From assembly GCF_001017655.1 (NCBI RefSeq), contig NZ_CP010904.1, positions 1,950,001-1,982,000 of the forward strand: a stretch of DNA of 32,000 nucleotides, read 5' to 3'. Shown one piece after another: positions 7,513 to 15,907 of this stretch. The number at the start of each line of letters is the position of its first letter. Within the stretch, counting starts at the first letter, position 1. This DNA comes from Kiritimatiella glycovorans (GTDB taxonomy: Bacteria; Verrucomicrobiota; Kiritimatiellia; Kiritimatiellales; Kiritimatiellaceae). Made by a program: the position numbers and the translations under genes. The notes beneath the pieces were generated by a model. That model was not told the origin of the DNA. It ran no database searches and worked only from the letters and a program-made list of their open reading frames with translations.

Positions 7513-8997
7513 CTATGCGGCTTTTCTGCGCTTCCAGAGGGTCAGGGCGACAAAGAACGCAGCCAGCAGGAGCAGGGTCAGGGCGATCGGGCGCCCGCCG
7601 AAAAAGGCGTAGCTCCCCTCCCCCAGCACCAGCGCGCGGCGCAGGTTGGTCTCGGCCATGCCTCCCAGAATCAGCGCCAGCAGGAACGGGGCGGCGGGAA
7701 ATCCCGTTTTGCGCATCCCGACGCCCAGGACGCCGAATCCGAGCGCGACCCAGCAATCGACCGGATTGGCGCGCAGGGCGTAGGCCCCCATAAGCGAGAG
7801 CAGCAGGATGCCGGCGTTCAGGAAACGGCGATCGATTTTGAGCGCGCCCATGACCAGCCGCGCGGTCGAGAGGGCGGTCACGAACACGGCCAGGTGGGCG
7901 AAGAGCATGATGGCCAGGATAGAATACGCCAGCGGACCGTGATCCTGGAACAGCAGCGGGCCGGGCTGGATGCCGTGCAGAATAAAGGCCCCGATCAGCA
8001 CGGCGGTCACCGAGTCGCCCGGAATGCCCAGCGAGAGCAGCGGGATCATGGCCCCGGAGGTGGCGGCGGTCTTGCCCGATTCCGCCGCGGCGATCCCCTT
8101 CGGCTCGCCGTCCCCGTAGCGGTCGTCCGGCTTGGACTGCTGATTCGCCGCGCTGTAACAGAGAAAGGCCGCGATATCCGCCCCGGCCCCGGGCGTGCTG
8201 CCCGTAAAGGTCCCGATCAGCGAGGCCTTGAGGTTCATCCATCCGCAGCGCTTCATGTCGCGCCCGTGCGGCAGCTCGAAGAGTTTCATCTTCTTTCCGG
8301 CCGGAAGTTGCGGTGCGCCGCGGTCCGGAGAAAAGACCTCGGCTATCGCAAAAAGCCCGATCAGTACCGGGATGAACGGCATGCCCTCCATCAGGCTGAC
8401 ACTTCCGAACAGGAAGCGCGGGTAGCCGGAGACGGGGTCCATGCCCACCGTCGCGCAGAGCAGTCCCGCCAGGGTGGCGATGGCCCCCTTGAGCAGTGAT
8501 TCGCCCGAGAGCGCGGTGATCAGCGAGAGCCCCAGCACGGCCAGCGCGAAGAACTCGGCCGGTCCGAAACTGAGCGCGAAGCGCGAGATCTGCGGCGTGA
8601 GGAAGATCAGCAGCAGCGTCCCGATCACCCCGCCGATCAGCGCCGACCAGGCGGACAGCGCCAGCGCCCGGCCGGCCTCGCCGCGCTGCATCATGGGATA
8701 GCCGTCCATCAGCGTGGCCGCCGAGGCGGGCGTCCCGGGGGTGCGGAAGAGGATCGCGGGCACGGTCCCGCCGTAGATCGCGCCGCAGTAGATGCCCACC
8801 AGCAGCGCGATGGCCGGCATGATGTCGAGTTCGAACGTGAACGGCACCAGCAGCGCGACCCCCATCGTGGCGGAGAGCCCCGGCACCGCGCCGACCAGCA
8901 TCCCGGAGACGACTCCCGCCAGCAGACAGATCCATACGGCGGGCACGAGCATCAGATCGAGCGAGCCTGTCATGATCTCCATCATCAGCCTATCCAT
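7513..8997 (-). CDS. tctA: Tripartite tricarboxylate transporter (TTT) large permease TctA
   Basis: 494-aa polytopic membrane protein with typical TctA N-terminus (..GVVSGMLVGAVPGLSATMGVALLVPFTF..). The start may be the ATG at 8985, which overlaps the tctB stop as TGATG. Confidence 0.9.
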   Translation of the reverse strand: MDRLMMEIMTGSLDLMLVPAVWICLLAGVVSGMLVGAVPGLSATMGVALLVPFTFELDIMPAIALLVGIYCGAIYGGTVPAILFRTPGTPASAATLMDGYPMMQRGEAGRALALSAWSALIGGVIGTLLLIFLTPQISRFALSFGPAEFFALAVLGLSLITALSGESLLKGAIATLAGLLCATVGMDPVSGYPRFLFGSVSLMEGMPFIPVLIGLFAIAEVFSPDRGAPQLPAGKKMKLFELPHGRDMKRCGWMNLKASLIGTFTGSTPGAGADIAAFLCYSAANQQSKPDDRYGDGEPKGIAAAESGKTAATSGAMIPLLSLGIPGDSVTAVLIGAFILHGIQPGPLLFQDHGPLAYSILAIMLFAHLAVFVTALSTARLVMGALKIDRRFLNAGILLLSLMGAYALRANPVDCWVALGFGVLGVGMRKTGFPAAPFLLALILGGMAETNLRRALVLGEGSYAFFGGRPIALTLLLLAAFFVALTLWKRRKAA

Positions 8998-9440
8998 CCT
9001 TCCGGCAGGGCCACGTTCATCAGGCGTTCGAAGACGGCGTACAGTACAAAGGCGGCGATGAACCCGGCCGCGAGGGCCCGCACGGGGTTACGGTAACCCA
9101 GCACACGCAGCGCGGCCGCGAAGAGCAGCGCAGTCGAACTGATAAACCCCAGCCAGGGCATCAGCACCAGGTACAGCGCCGTCAGTCCGCCCAGCAGCGG
9201 GAGGCGCCGCCCGTCCCCCGCCTCCTCCGCCGCGCCGGACTCCGGCGGATTCCTCAGCGTCCCGATCAGTCCGCCCAGCGCCAGCGCCGCGAGCAGCACG
9301 CCCAGAAAGAGCGGGAAGCTGCCCGGTCCCGAATGGGCGTCCTCCGGACGCGGAAAGGTCAGCGAGAGCCCGACGGTTCCGGCCCCGATGATCAACACGA
9401 CGAGATACGCCATACGTTCAATCGTCGTTCGCCGCTTCAT
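8985..9440 (-). CDS. tctB: TTT small membrane subunit TctB
   Basis: 151-aa protein with 4 TM segments between tctC and tctA. Its start overlaps the tctC stop and its stop overlaps the tctA start, which is the canonical tctCBA arrangement. Confidence 0.8.
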   Translation of the reverse strand: MKRRTTIERMAYLVVLIIGAGTVGLSLTFPRPEDAHSGPGSFPLFLGVLLAALALGGLIGTLRNPPESGAAEEAGDGRRLPLLGGLTALYLVLMPWLGFISSTALLFAAALRVLGYRNPVRALAAGFIAAFVLYAVFERLMNVALPEGWIG

Positions 9441-10429
9441 TCCACCAGCCCCAGTTTACGCATGGTCCGGGCCACCTCTTCGGACTGGCGTTCCGCGAGG
9501 GCCCGGAAGTCCTCGTGACCCGCGACATGCAGATTCATGCCCGACTGCGCGGCGAAGGTCTCGAACGCGTCGGATTCGGCGACCGCGCGAAACGTCCCGG
9601 CGAGCACGGCGCGCCGGTCGGGCGGCACGCCCTCGGGCAGCGCCAGCCCGCGCCAGGTGCCGAACACCAGGTCGTAGCCCTGCTCGCGGCAGGTGGGCGT
9701 GTCCGGGAATCCCTCCAGCCGCCCGTCGCTCATGACCCCCAGCAGCCGGACCTGGCCGGACTCCACGTAAGTCTTCAATTCGGCGGGACTGACGGTGACC
9801 GCATCGATATGCCCGCCGATGAGTGAGGTGATGGCCTGGGAGGCACCGTTGAACGGGACGTGCACCGCCGGCATGTCCGTGCGATCGGCCAGCATCGCGG
9901 CCGCGAGGTGCCACACCGCGCCCGCCCCGGAGTTCCCGATACTCGGCGGCTCGCCCGTCTTCGCCCCGCGCACGAATTCCTCCAGCGTCTGCGCCGGATG
10001 ATCGCTGCGCACCGCCACTGCGGCGGGGTCCATGTTCAGCAGCATCAGCAGATCGAAGTCCTCATGGGTAAACGGCGCGAGCCCCTGCACCGGGAGGGAG
10101 ATCAGCTCGAACGTGGTCATCAGCACCGTGTAGCCGTCCACGGGCGCCACCCGACCGGCGGCGTGACCGATCGCCCCGCCCCCGCCGGTCAGGTTGCTCA
10201 CCAGCACCGGCACGCCGAGCCGCTTCTCCGCCTCGTGCGCCAGCTTGCGCGAGAGCAGGTCCGTGCCGCCGCCGGGCGAAAACGGACAGATCAGGGTCAC
10301 CGGCCGTTGCGGAAAGCTCCCGCCCGCCGCGCGACGCTGCCAGTTCATCCACGCCAGCGCGACGATCGCGATAACGATCACCGCCCAGGCCCACGCATTT
10401 TTGCGATCAAACATCGTTCCCGTGCTCAC
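9437..10429 (-). CDS. tctC: TTT periplasmic substrate-binding protein TctC (Bug family)
   Basis: Signal/anchor segment, then FPQRPVTLICPFSPGGGTDLLSRKLA...VSNLTGGGGAIG...DGYTVLM, the Bug/TctC signature. The start is GTG at 10429; an alternative ATG is at 10414. Confidence 0.9.
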   Translation of the reverse strand: MSTGTMFDRKNAWAWAVIVIAIVALAWMNWQRRAAGGSFPQRPVTLICPFSPGGGTDLLSRKLAHEAEKRLGVPVLVSNLTGGGGAIGHAAGRVAPVDGYTVLMTTFELISLPVQGLAPFTHEDFDLLMLLNMDPAAVAVRSDHPAQTLEEFVRGAKTGEPPSIGNSGAGAVWHLAAAMLADRTDMPAVHVPFNGASQAITSLIGGHIDAVTVSPAELKTYVESGQVRLLGVMSDGRLEGFPDTPTCREQGYDLVFGTWRGLALPEGVPPDRRAVLAGTFRAVAESDAFETFAAQSGMNLHVAGHEDFRALAERQSEEVARTMRKLGLVE

Positions 10430-10506
10430 TCTCTTCAGGTCATTGAGGACACCGCGTTTTTCTATTCACTTTGTATTCTCTTTGTTCACTTTGATCTGTG
10501 GTGAAT

Positions 10507-10545
10507 CTCGATCCCGATTCCGATCCCGACACCGATTTTAATCCA
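10507..10545. repeat. Hexamer-periodic array variant (NNCGAT)x6, with flanking fragments of the mosaic repeat
   Basis: ctcgat cccgat tccgat cccgac accgat tttaat, preceded by ctgtggtgaat (reverse complement of attcaccacag from the mosaic elements). It is followed by cacttcatgtccttc (CTTCATG module). Confidence 0.5.
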
Positions 10546-10647
10546 CATCCGTGCTATCCGTGCCCTCCCCCGGCCCGATCACACTTCATGTCCTTCCCGT
10601 CCTCACGGCGGGCGCCGATCTCGATTCCAGGGGCGCCGTGTTCTTTC

Positions 10648-12810
10648 TCACGGCTCCAGCGCCGCGCGGCCCACGGTGTCCGTCGCCCCGGTGTAGCCGG
10701 GGCCGCCGCCGGCGAGGTAGCCGTCGCTGCGGCCGGAACGGTCCCGGCTGACCCAGAACGCGTAGAGTGAGCCGTCGGTCAGCTCGAATTGGAAGCGGAC
10801 GGGTGTGTCGGCCAGTTCCGAGAGATCGGCGCCGCCCTTCCATCTGACCGCCGCGAGCGTGCTGTCGACGGAGAGCGGTTTGCAGTTCTCGAGGGTGAAC
10901 GGGGGGATCGGCTCGCCGTTCTCGTCGAGCACGGCGGCGCGCAGGCGACCGCCGGGCGCATCGACATTCACGAAGAGGCGTTTGCCGGAAAAGGTGACCG
11001 GGCGGGTGGTCAGTGTGCCGGGATCCGCCCCGGCGTCCATTGAGGCGAACCCGTCGCGGCGCAAAACGGCGAGACCGGTCGCGCTGTTATCGTAAGTACC
11101 CATCCTATTGCCCGGTTTTCCCCGGTAACCGGTGTAGTAGAAAAAGAGCTTGTCGCCCATGATCGTACACACATTCCCCAGCGACTGCACATACCCGCGG
11201 GCCCAGGCATCGTGGCGTTCGGCGGGGATATGGACTCGGCGGTCCGGGCGGTGGAAGTGGAAGCCGTCGCGGCTGTAGGCGAACTGCAGCTCGGTGATCT
11301 TCGGCAGGCCCGCTTTGTGGCAGATCTCGTTCGGCGGCCCCCAGTGGAGCTGGAACTGGCCGAGCATGATGCTCTCGTAGGCCACCGCGTCGAAGTTGTA
11401 GAGCTGGGCGGGACGTCCGGTGAGGTAATCCACCTTTACGCCCCGATCCTCGTCGAGCATGTCGCCGTCGTTCTCGTCGGCGGTCAACCACGGGACTTCC
11501 TCTGCGTCCGTCCGCTGTGCGCCCGCGACGAAGTCGTCGCATTCGTAGTATTTGCGTGCGCGGCCGCGTCCGGGAAATCCGGCGCGGATGCTGTAGACCC
11601 ATTTTTGGCGGAAGGGATTATAGAAGTGGGTGCTGCGATCGCCCGCCGTGCCGGATTCGGTCCGCCGGTCCCAGTGGATGCCGTCCGCCGAGGTCAGACA
11701 GAATCCGGGTTGCGGCTTGCCGGGCGGCTGGATGAAGAGCGTCCATTTCTCCGCCGGTCGCGCAGCGTCCCAGTTGCGAACCACCGTCCAGGAGTCCGGG
11801 GTAATTCCTTCGGGATGAACGAGATTACCCTGCTCGGGCCACACATCATAGTTCGGACGTTCCCAGTGAATCCCGTCGCGGCTGGTCACTAGGGCGATCG
11901 GCCCGAACCACGAGGTCTCGTACCAGAGTTTGAAGTGCCCGGCGTCCGGATCCCACCAGCACCCGCCGCTCTTCGGGACCGCCCCGGCGTTGCCGTGTCC
12001 GGACGGTTTGGAGTGCCCCTCCGGCTCGACCTCGCCCCGCTCGACCGGCGTCTCGGGCTTGAGCACCGGGTTGCCCGCGTATTTCTCGGGCCGGTGGAAG
12101 GTCCGTTCGAGCGAGGTCTCCGCGATCAGGAAGTCGTCGATAAAGAGCTGGCGGCCGACGTCGATCGGGATGACCTCCGGCGGATGGTCGAGGTACGGCA
12201 CCGGCATCGGGCTGGTGTCCGAAGGATCGATATTCCGCGGCGGCCATTCCTCGGGCAGCCGGATGCCGTTGTAGAGCCGTTCGCCGGTATTTGCGCTCCA
12301 GGGTTTCTCTTCGTATTGAATGGCCTCCCCGAGCCCCACCGCCACGACAAACTTGTTGAATACGAATCGCTCCCCCGTGCGGACCTGTTTGCGGTAGGCG
12401 GCCACCCGGTTCCACGCCTCGTCGCCGAACAACTGAAACGAGGCGGAGTCGGGCACCCGCTCGAACCCGGCCGCTTCCAGCGCCTCGGCCTGCGATCCGT
12501 ATTTGGCACCGGGCACCGGCGTCAACACCGTCAGCGACCCCGGATCCAGCACGAGCCAGTCCTCCGGCTGAGCGATGCCGTTGCGCAGGAACGGCAGGCC
12601 GTGCAGGTCCTCCGGCACCTGGTCGGTGAGCGTGTAGCCGCGGTCGGTGAAGAGTTTGACGCCCGGTTCGAAGCGGGCGACCTCGCCCTTCCCGCGGAAT
12701 TGAAGCGAAGCGCCGGAATCGGCGTATGCGGGAGAGGCAAAGATAACTGAGCCGATCAGGATCAGGCAGGCTGCGACTGGAGCTCTCTTAATTTTGGTCA
12801 TTTCTTCCAT
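10648..12810 (-). CDS. Secreted glycoside hydrolase-like protein: signal peptide, novel about 125-aa N-terminal domain, beta-propeller core (GH43/32/68-clan-like), C-terminal beta-sandwich
   Basis: Signal peptide MEEMTKIKRAPVAACLILIGSVIFASPAYA. Repeated blade motifs are SRDGIHWERP, SADGIHWDRR and SRDGFHFHRP. The C-terminal region (RRDGFASMDA...GTLTTRPVTFSGKRLFVNVDA...VLDENGEPIPPF) resembles the GH32-type C-terminal sandwich. I could not assign a family from sequence alone. Confidence 0.75.
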   Translation of the reverse strand: MEEMTKIKRAPVAACLILIGSVIFASPAYADSGASLQFRGKGEVARFEPGVKLFTDRGYTLTDQVPEDLHGLPFLRNGIAQPEDWLVLDPGSLTVLTPVPGAKYGSQAEALEAAGFERVPDSASFQLFGDEAWNRVAAYRKQVRTGERFVFNKFVVAVGLGEAIQYEEKPWSANTGERLYNGIRLPEEWPPRNIDPSDTSPMPVPYLDHPPEVIPIDVGRQLFIDDFLIAETSLERTFHRPEKYAGNPVLKPETPVERGEVEPEGHSKPSGHGNAGAVPKSGGCWWDPDAGHFKLWYETSWFGPIALVTSRDGIHWERPNYDVWPEQGNLVHPEGITPDSWTVVRNWDAARPAEKWTLFIQPPGKPQPGFCLTSADGIHWDRRTESGTAGDRSTHFYNPFRQKWVYSIRAGFPGRGRARKYYECDDFVAGAQRTDAEEVPWLTADENDGDMLDEDRGVKVDYLTGRPAQLYNFDAVAYESIMLGQFQLHWGPPNEICHKAGLPKITELQFAYSRDGFHFHRPDRRVHIPAERHDAWARGYVQSLGNVCTIMGDKLFFYYTGYRGKPGNRMGTYDNSATGLAVLRRDGFASMDAGADPGTLTTRPVTFSGKRLFVNVDAPGGRLRAAVLDENGEPIPPFTLENCKPLSVDSTLAAVRWKGGADLSELADTPVRFQFELTDGSLYAFWVSRDRSGRSDGYLAGGGPGYTGATDTVGRAALEP

Positions 12811-12813
12811 TGA

Positions 12814-13716
12814 TCAACGCGGATCGATGCATCCCGTTCCCTCGAGGTGCTTCAGACTGTGCCTCATATTTTCGACAACCTGCTCCTCCGACGCGGATCC
12901 GGAGTTGAGTTCCATGGCGGCATACACGGGTTCCGCGCGGTCGCCCAAAAGATCGGCGATTTTTTCAAACGACAGCGGATTGCCGTCGAGGACCGGCAGG
13001 GCCTCGCCGTCGCGGGCGGACTTGAGGTGCAGATACGAAATCCGGTCGGCATAGCGCCGGATGAACGCGGCGGCCTCTTCCGGCGAGGCGGGATGATCGC
13101 CGGTGAACAGGTTGCCGGTATCGAGCTGCAGTTCGACCGCGGGATCCAGTTCGTCCAGCAGCCGACGCATCCCGATGACGCCGTCCGCGCTTCCTTCGAG
13201 CACGACGTCGGCATTCTCGATCATCAGCCGGCGTCCCTTCGCCTGCGCCTTTTCCGCGGCCCAGCGCGCAGAAGCCAGCACCTGTTCAAACTCCGCCCGG
13301 CTCCAGCCGGTGTCGCCTTCCCCGAGCAGCGCCAGTACCCGCATCCGGCTGGGCCCCTCGAAGCAGGCGGCGTTGACCAGCGCCCGTTCGAACACCGGTT
13401 TGAAGTCTTCGGCCAGCAGACCGCGCTGCATGGAATACAGGACCTCCAGCCCCCGCTCGCGGGCGTCGGCGGCAATCCGTTCGCAGTCGGCCTTCGACAG
13501 CGTTGCGTCCGGGTCGCGCAACTCGATCCACGACAACTCGAGTTCGCGCGCTATATCCAGCTGCCGGCGGGCGGTCTCGACCGAAACCGACACCGTCGGG
13601 ATGAAGTTCTGGGTCGTATAGCCGATCTTCATTTCGGACTCCGTGGGTGAAAAATTCGAAACACATCCCGCGCCGAACAGGACCGCGAACGCGACGCCCG
13701 TCGCAAACATCCTCAT
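12814..13716 (-). CDS. Sugar phosphate isomerase/epimerase family protein (xylose isomerase-like TIM barrel)
   Basis: Family-like pattern is present (ELSWIELRD..., RRLMIENAD, LQLDTGNLF, ISYLHLKSA). The start is ambiguous. ATG at 13716 overlaps the kdgK stop (ATGA) and adds a signal-like segment. ATG at 13632 has a GGAG SD and gives the usual MKIGY.. N-terminus. Confidence 0.8.
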   Translation of the reverse strand: MRMFATGVAFAVLFGAGCVSNFSPTESEMKIGYTTQNFIPTVSVSVETARRQLDIARELELSWIELRDPDATLSKADCERIAADARERGLEVLYSMQRGLLAEDFKPVFERALVNAACFEGPSRMRVLALLGEGDTGWSRAEFEQVLASARWAAEKAQAKGRRLMIENADVVLEGSADGVIGMRRLLDELDPAVELQLDTGNLFTGDHPASPEEAAAFIRRYADRISYLHLKSARDGEALPVLDGNPLSFEKIADLLGDRAEPVYAAMELNSGSASEEQVVENMRHSLKHLEGTGCIDPR

Positions 13717-14804
13717 CGCACCACCCTCCCCGACCCGCTGCCGCGCATCAGCGCCTCGACCTCCGCGCGACGGCTGTGATTCCAGTCGCCCTTGATCGAG
13801 TGGGCCAGGCAGGAGGCGGCCACGGCAAAGGCGATGGCGTCGGCATGCTCAGTATATTCCCCGCTGTGGAGCGCGAAGATCAGTCCGGCCGCGAAGGAAT
13901 CGCCGCCGCCGACGCGGTCGACGATGTTGCGGATTTCATAGGGGCGGTATTCCCCGTCCCTCATCGGCGCGAACACCGCCTGTTCGCTTTCGGTGTCGTA
14001 GAGCATCGCGCCCCAGTTGTTGTGGCTGGCGGAGATGCTCTCGCGCAGGGTAATCGCGACCTTGCGCACGTTCGGGAACTGCCCGGCGATTTGACCGGCC
14101 ACCTCGGGATACTTGTCGATCGCCAGTTCCCCCGACTCGACGTCCGAGTCCCCGGCGCGAATGCCGAGCACGTCCTCGGCATCACCCTCGTTGCCGATCA
14201 CCACATCCACAAACGGAAGGATGTCGCGCATCGTCCGCCCGGCCAGCTCACGCGGCGACAGGGTTTCGTCCCATTTCCAGAGTTTTTTGCGGAAGTTGAG
14301 ATCGCACGAAACCGTCAGTCCGGCCTCCTTCGCCCCGCGCACGGCGGCGAGCGACGCCTCGGCCGCGCAGCGCGAGAGCGCCGGCGTGATGCCGGAAATG
14401 TGCAGCCAGCCGGCGTCCGCGAAAATCGCGTCCCAGTCATAGGCGTCGGCGGGGGTCCGCGACACCGCCGAGTGTTCGCGGTCGTAGATCACGTTGCTCG
14501 GCCGCTGATTGGCGCCGGTCTCGACGAAGTACAGTCCGAGACGGCCGGAGTCCGTTCGCACGATGTGCCGGGTTTCGACGTCCAGCGCCTTCAGCGAGCG
14601 GACGCAGGCGTCGGCGATCGCGTGGTCCGGCAGGGCGGTGACGTAAGCGGACGATCCGCCCAGCATGGCGATCGACGCTGCCACGTTGGCCTCCGCGCCC
14701 GCAAACGTAAGGTCCAGCCGGCCCGGGCAGCTCTGGCTGAAGCGGTAGAATCCCTCCGGGGCCAACCGCCCCATTATCTCTCCGAATCCGACAACCGGCT
14801 TCAT
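13713..14804 (-). CDS. kdgK: 2-dehydro-3-deoxygluconokinase (PfkB family)
   Basis: From the ATG at 14804 (MKPVVGFGEIMGRLAPEG...), preceded by aaaggaaag. The PfkB C-terminal motif DRVGGGDSFAAGLI is present. The longer ORF to 14948 would overlap eda and add a basic, non-homologous extension. Confidence 0.85.
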   Translation of the reverse strand: MKPVVGFGEIMGRLAPEGFYRFSQSCPGRLDLTFAGAEANVAASIAMLGGSSAYVTALPDHAIADACVRSLKALDVETRHIVRTDSGRLGLYFVETGANQRPSNVIYDREHSAVSRTPADAYDWDAIFADAGWLHISGITPALSRCAAEASLAAVRGAKEAGLTVSCDLNFRKKLWKWDETLSPRELAGRTMRDILPFVDVVIGNEGDAEDVLGIRAGDSDVESGELAIDKYPEVAGQIAGQFPNVRKVAITLRESISASHNNWGAMLYDTESEQAVFAPMRDGEYRPYEIRNIVDRVGGGDSFAAGLIFALHSGEYTEHADAIAFAVAASCLAHSIKGDWNHSRRAEVEALMRGSGSGRVVR

Positions 14805-14889
14805 GCTTCTGCTTTCCTTTCTGTTGTGCGTCATCTTTTGCATCTCCGGCAGGGCGTGTTCTCCGAATGCGGCGCCTTTCCTTTTTCGC

Positions 14890-15519
14890 TCAGGCCACGG
14901 CCGCCGCGGCGGCGGCCCGTTTCCCGATCTCCTCCCAGCGGTGTTCACGGATCAGGTCGCGCGGGGCGATCCACGATCCCCCGACCGCGCAGATCAGGGG
15001 GCTTTCCAGCCAGCCCGGCAGGTTGTCCTGGTTGAGCCCGCCCAGCGGGATGAACTGCAGGTCGAGGTGCTTGTACGGTCCGGCGGCCGATTTGAGATAC
15101 TTGAGTCCGCCGCAGGGTTCGGCCGGAAAGAACTTCAGCGTGCGGCACCCCAGCTCCACGGCCGCCTCAATCTCCGACGGGGTCATGACGCCCGGCGCGA
15201 ACGGGAGTTCCGCCGAGGCCGCTTCTTCCATGACGTCGCGGTTGAGTCCGGGAGCGACGGCAAAGGCCGCCCCCGCATCCCCGACCCGGCGCACCTGCTC
15301 CCGCGTAAGTACCGTACCCGCCCCCACCAGGATCTCAGGAACGCGTTCACGAATCACGGACATCGCCTCGAGCGCGGCCGGCGTGCGCAGCGTCAGCTCC
15401 ATCGCCCCCACCCCGCCCTCGAGCAGCGTCTCCGCCAGAGGGACCGCATCCGTCGCCTCGTCGATCACCAGCACCGCGATAATCCGCTGCCCGGCCAGCA
15501 GCTCCCTGAACCGATCCAT
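14890..15519 (-). CDS. eda: 2-dehydro-3-deoxyphosphogluconate (KDPG) aldolase
   Basis: 209 aa, MDRFRELLAGQRIIAVLVIDEATDAVPLAETLLEGGVGAMELTLRTPAALEAM... and ...TLKFFPAEPCGG..., the standard Eda pattern. SD aagggggg lies upstream. Confidence 0.9.
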   Translation of the reverse strand: MDRFRELLAGQRIIAVLVIDEATDAVPLAETLLEGGVGAMELTLRTPAALEAMSVIRERVPEILVGAGTVLTREQVRRVGDAGAAFAVAPGLNRDVMEEAASAELPFAPGVMTPSEIEAAVELGCRTLKFFPAEPCGGLKYLKSAAGPYKHLDLQFIPLGGLNQDNLPGWLESPLICAVGGSWIAPRDLIREHRWEEIGKRAAAAAAVA

Positions 15520-15595
15520 TTCACCCCCCTTATATACTATTGCATATTATATAACATACGAAAAGATAATATACACTGATAATGAATCGCGGCCG
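15520..15595 (-). promoter_or_regulatory. AT-rich promoter region of the eda-kdgK-isomerase-GH operon
   Basis: One of the few strongly AT-rich tracts in the window (cttatatactattgcatattatataacatacgaaaagataatatacactgataatg), immediately upstream of eda. On the minus strand it contains TATAAT- and TATATT-type hexamers. Confidence 0.45.
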
Positions 15596-15712
15596 ACGGA
15601 TCAAGTTGAAAAGGGGCTATGGGTGGATTTTTATGGAAGGGTTCCCGGGAAGAGAATGGGATTCACCACAGCGGTCACAGAGGATGCCGGGGTCGGGATG
15701 GGAGACGACAAC

Positions 15713-15805
15713 CGTTCGTAGTAGCGCCGCAAGGCCCGGAGGGCCAAGACGCGTGAAGATAACGGCCCTTGTCCGCTGCGCGGACCTGCGGGCCTACTAC
15801 GAGCG
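15713..15805. repeat. About 93-nt REP-like hairpin unit H1
   Basis: cgttcgtagtagcgccgca...tgcgggcctactacgagcg; the terminal 12 nt are near-perfect reverse complements with an imperfect extension. Confidence 0.75.
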
Positions 15806-15812
15806 TGAAGAA

Positions 15813-15907
15813 GTTCGTAGTAGCGCCGCACGCGCCCGAAGGGCCAAGGCGCGTGAAAGATAACGGCCCTGGCCCTGCTTCGCAGGCCTGCGGGCCTACT
15901 ACGAACG
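15813..15907. repeat. About 95-nt REP-like hairpin unit H2 (tandem to H1)
   Basis: gttcgtagtagcgccgcacgcgcccgaagggccaaggcgcgtgaaagataacggccctggccctgcttcgcaggcctgcgggcctactacgaacg; nearly identical to 7133-7231. Confidence 0.75.

Noticed and set aside
7307-8935. 542-aa minus-strand ORF in an alternative frame of the tctA region
   Set aside because: The frame 7513..8997 gives a bona fide TctA permease. The alternative frame is RG/RA-rich low-complexity sequence and starts inside the repeat element.
13633-13716. Apparent lipoprotein-type signal peptide (MRMFATGVAFAVLFGAGC) on the TIM-barrel isomerase-like protein, which would imply an exported sugar isomerase
   Set aside because: It depends entirely on start-codon choice. 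An internal ATG at 13632 has a good GGAG SD and yields the usual cytoplasmic MKIGY.. N-terminus. I cannot decide between the two starts from sequence alone, so I did not raise it as a finding.
14805-14948. 48-aa basic N-terminal extension of kdgK overlapping the 3' end of eda
   Set aside because: The extension (MNTAGRRSGNGPPPRRPWPERKRK..) has no homology-like features. The ATG at 14804 has an SD and gives the conserved PfkB N-terminus.
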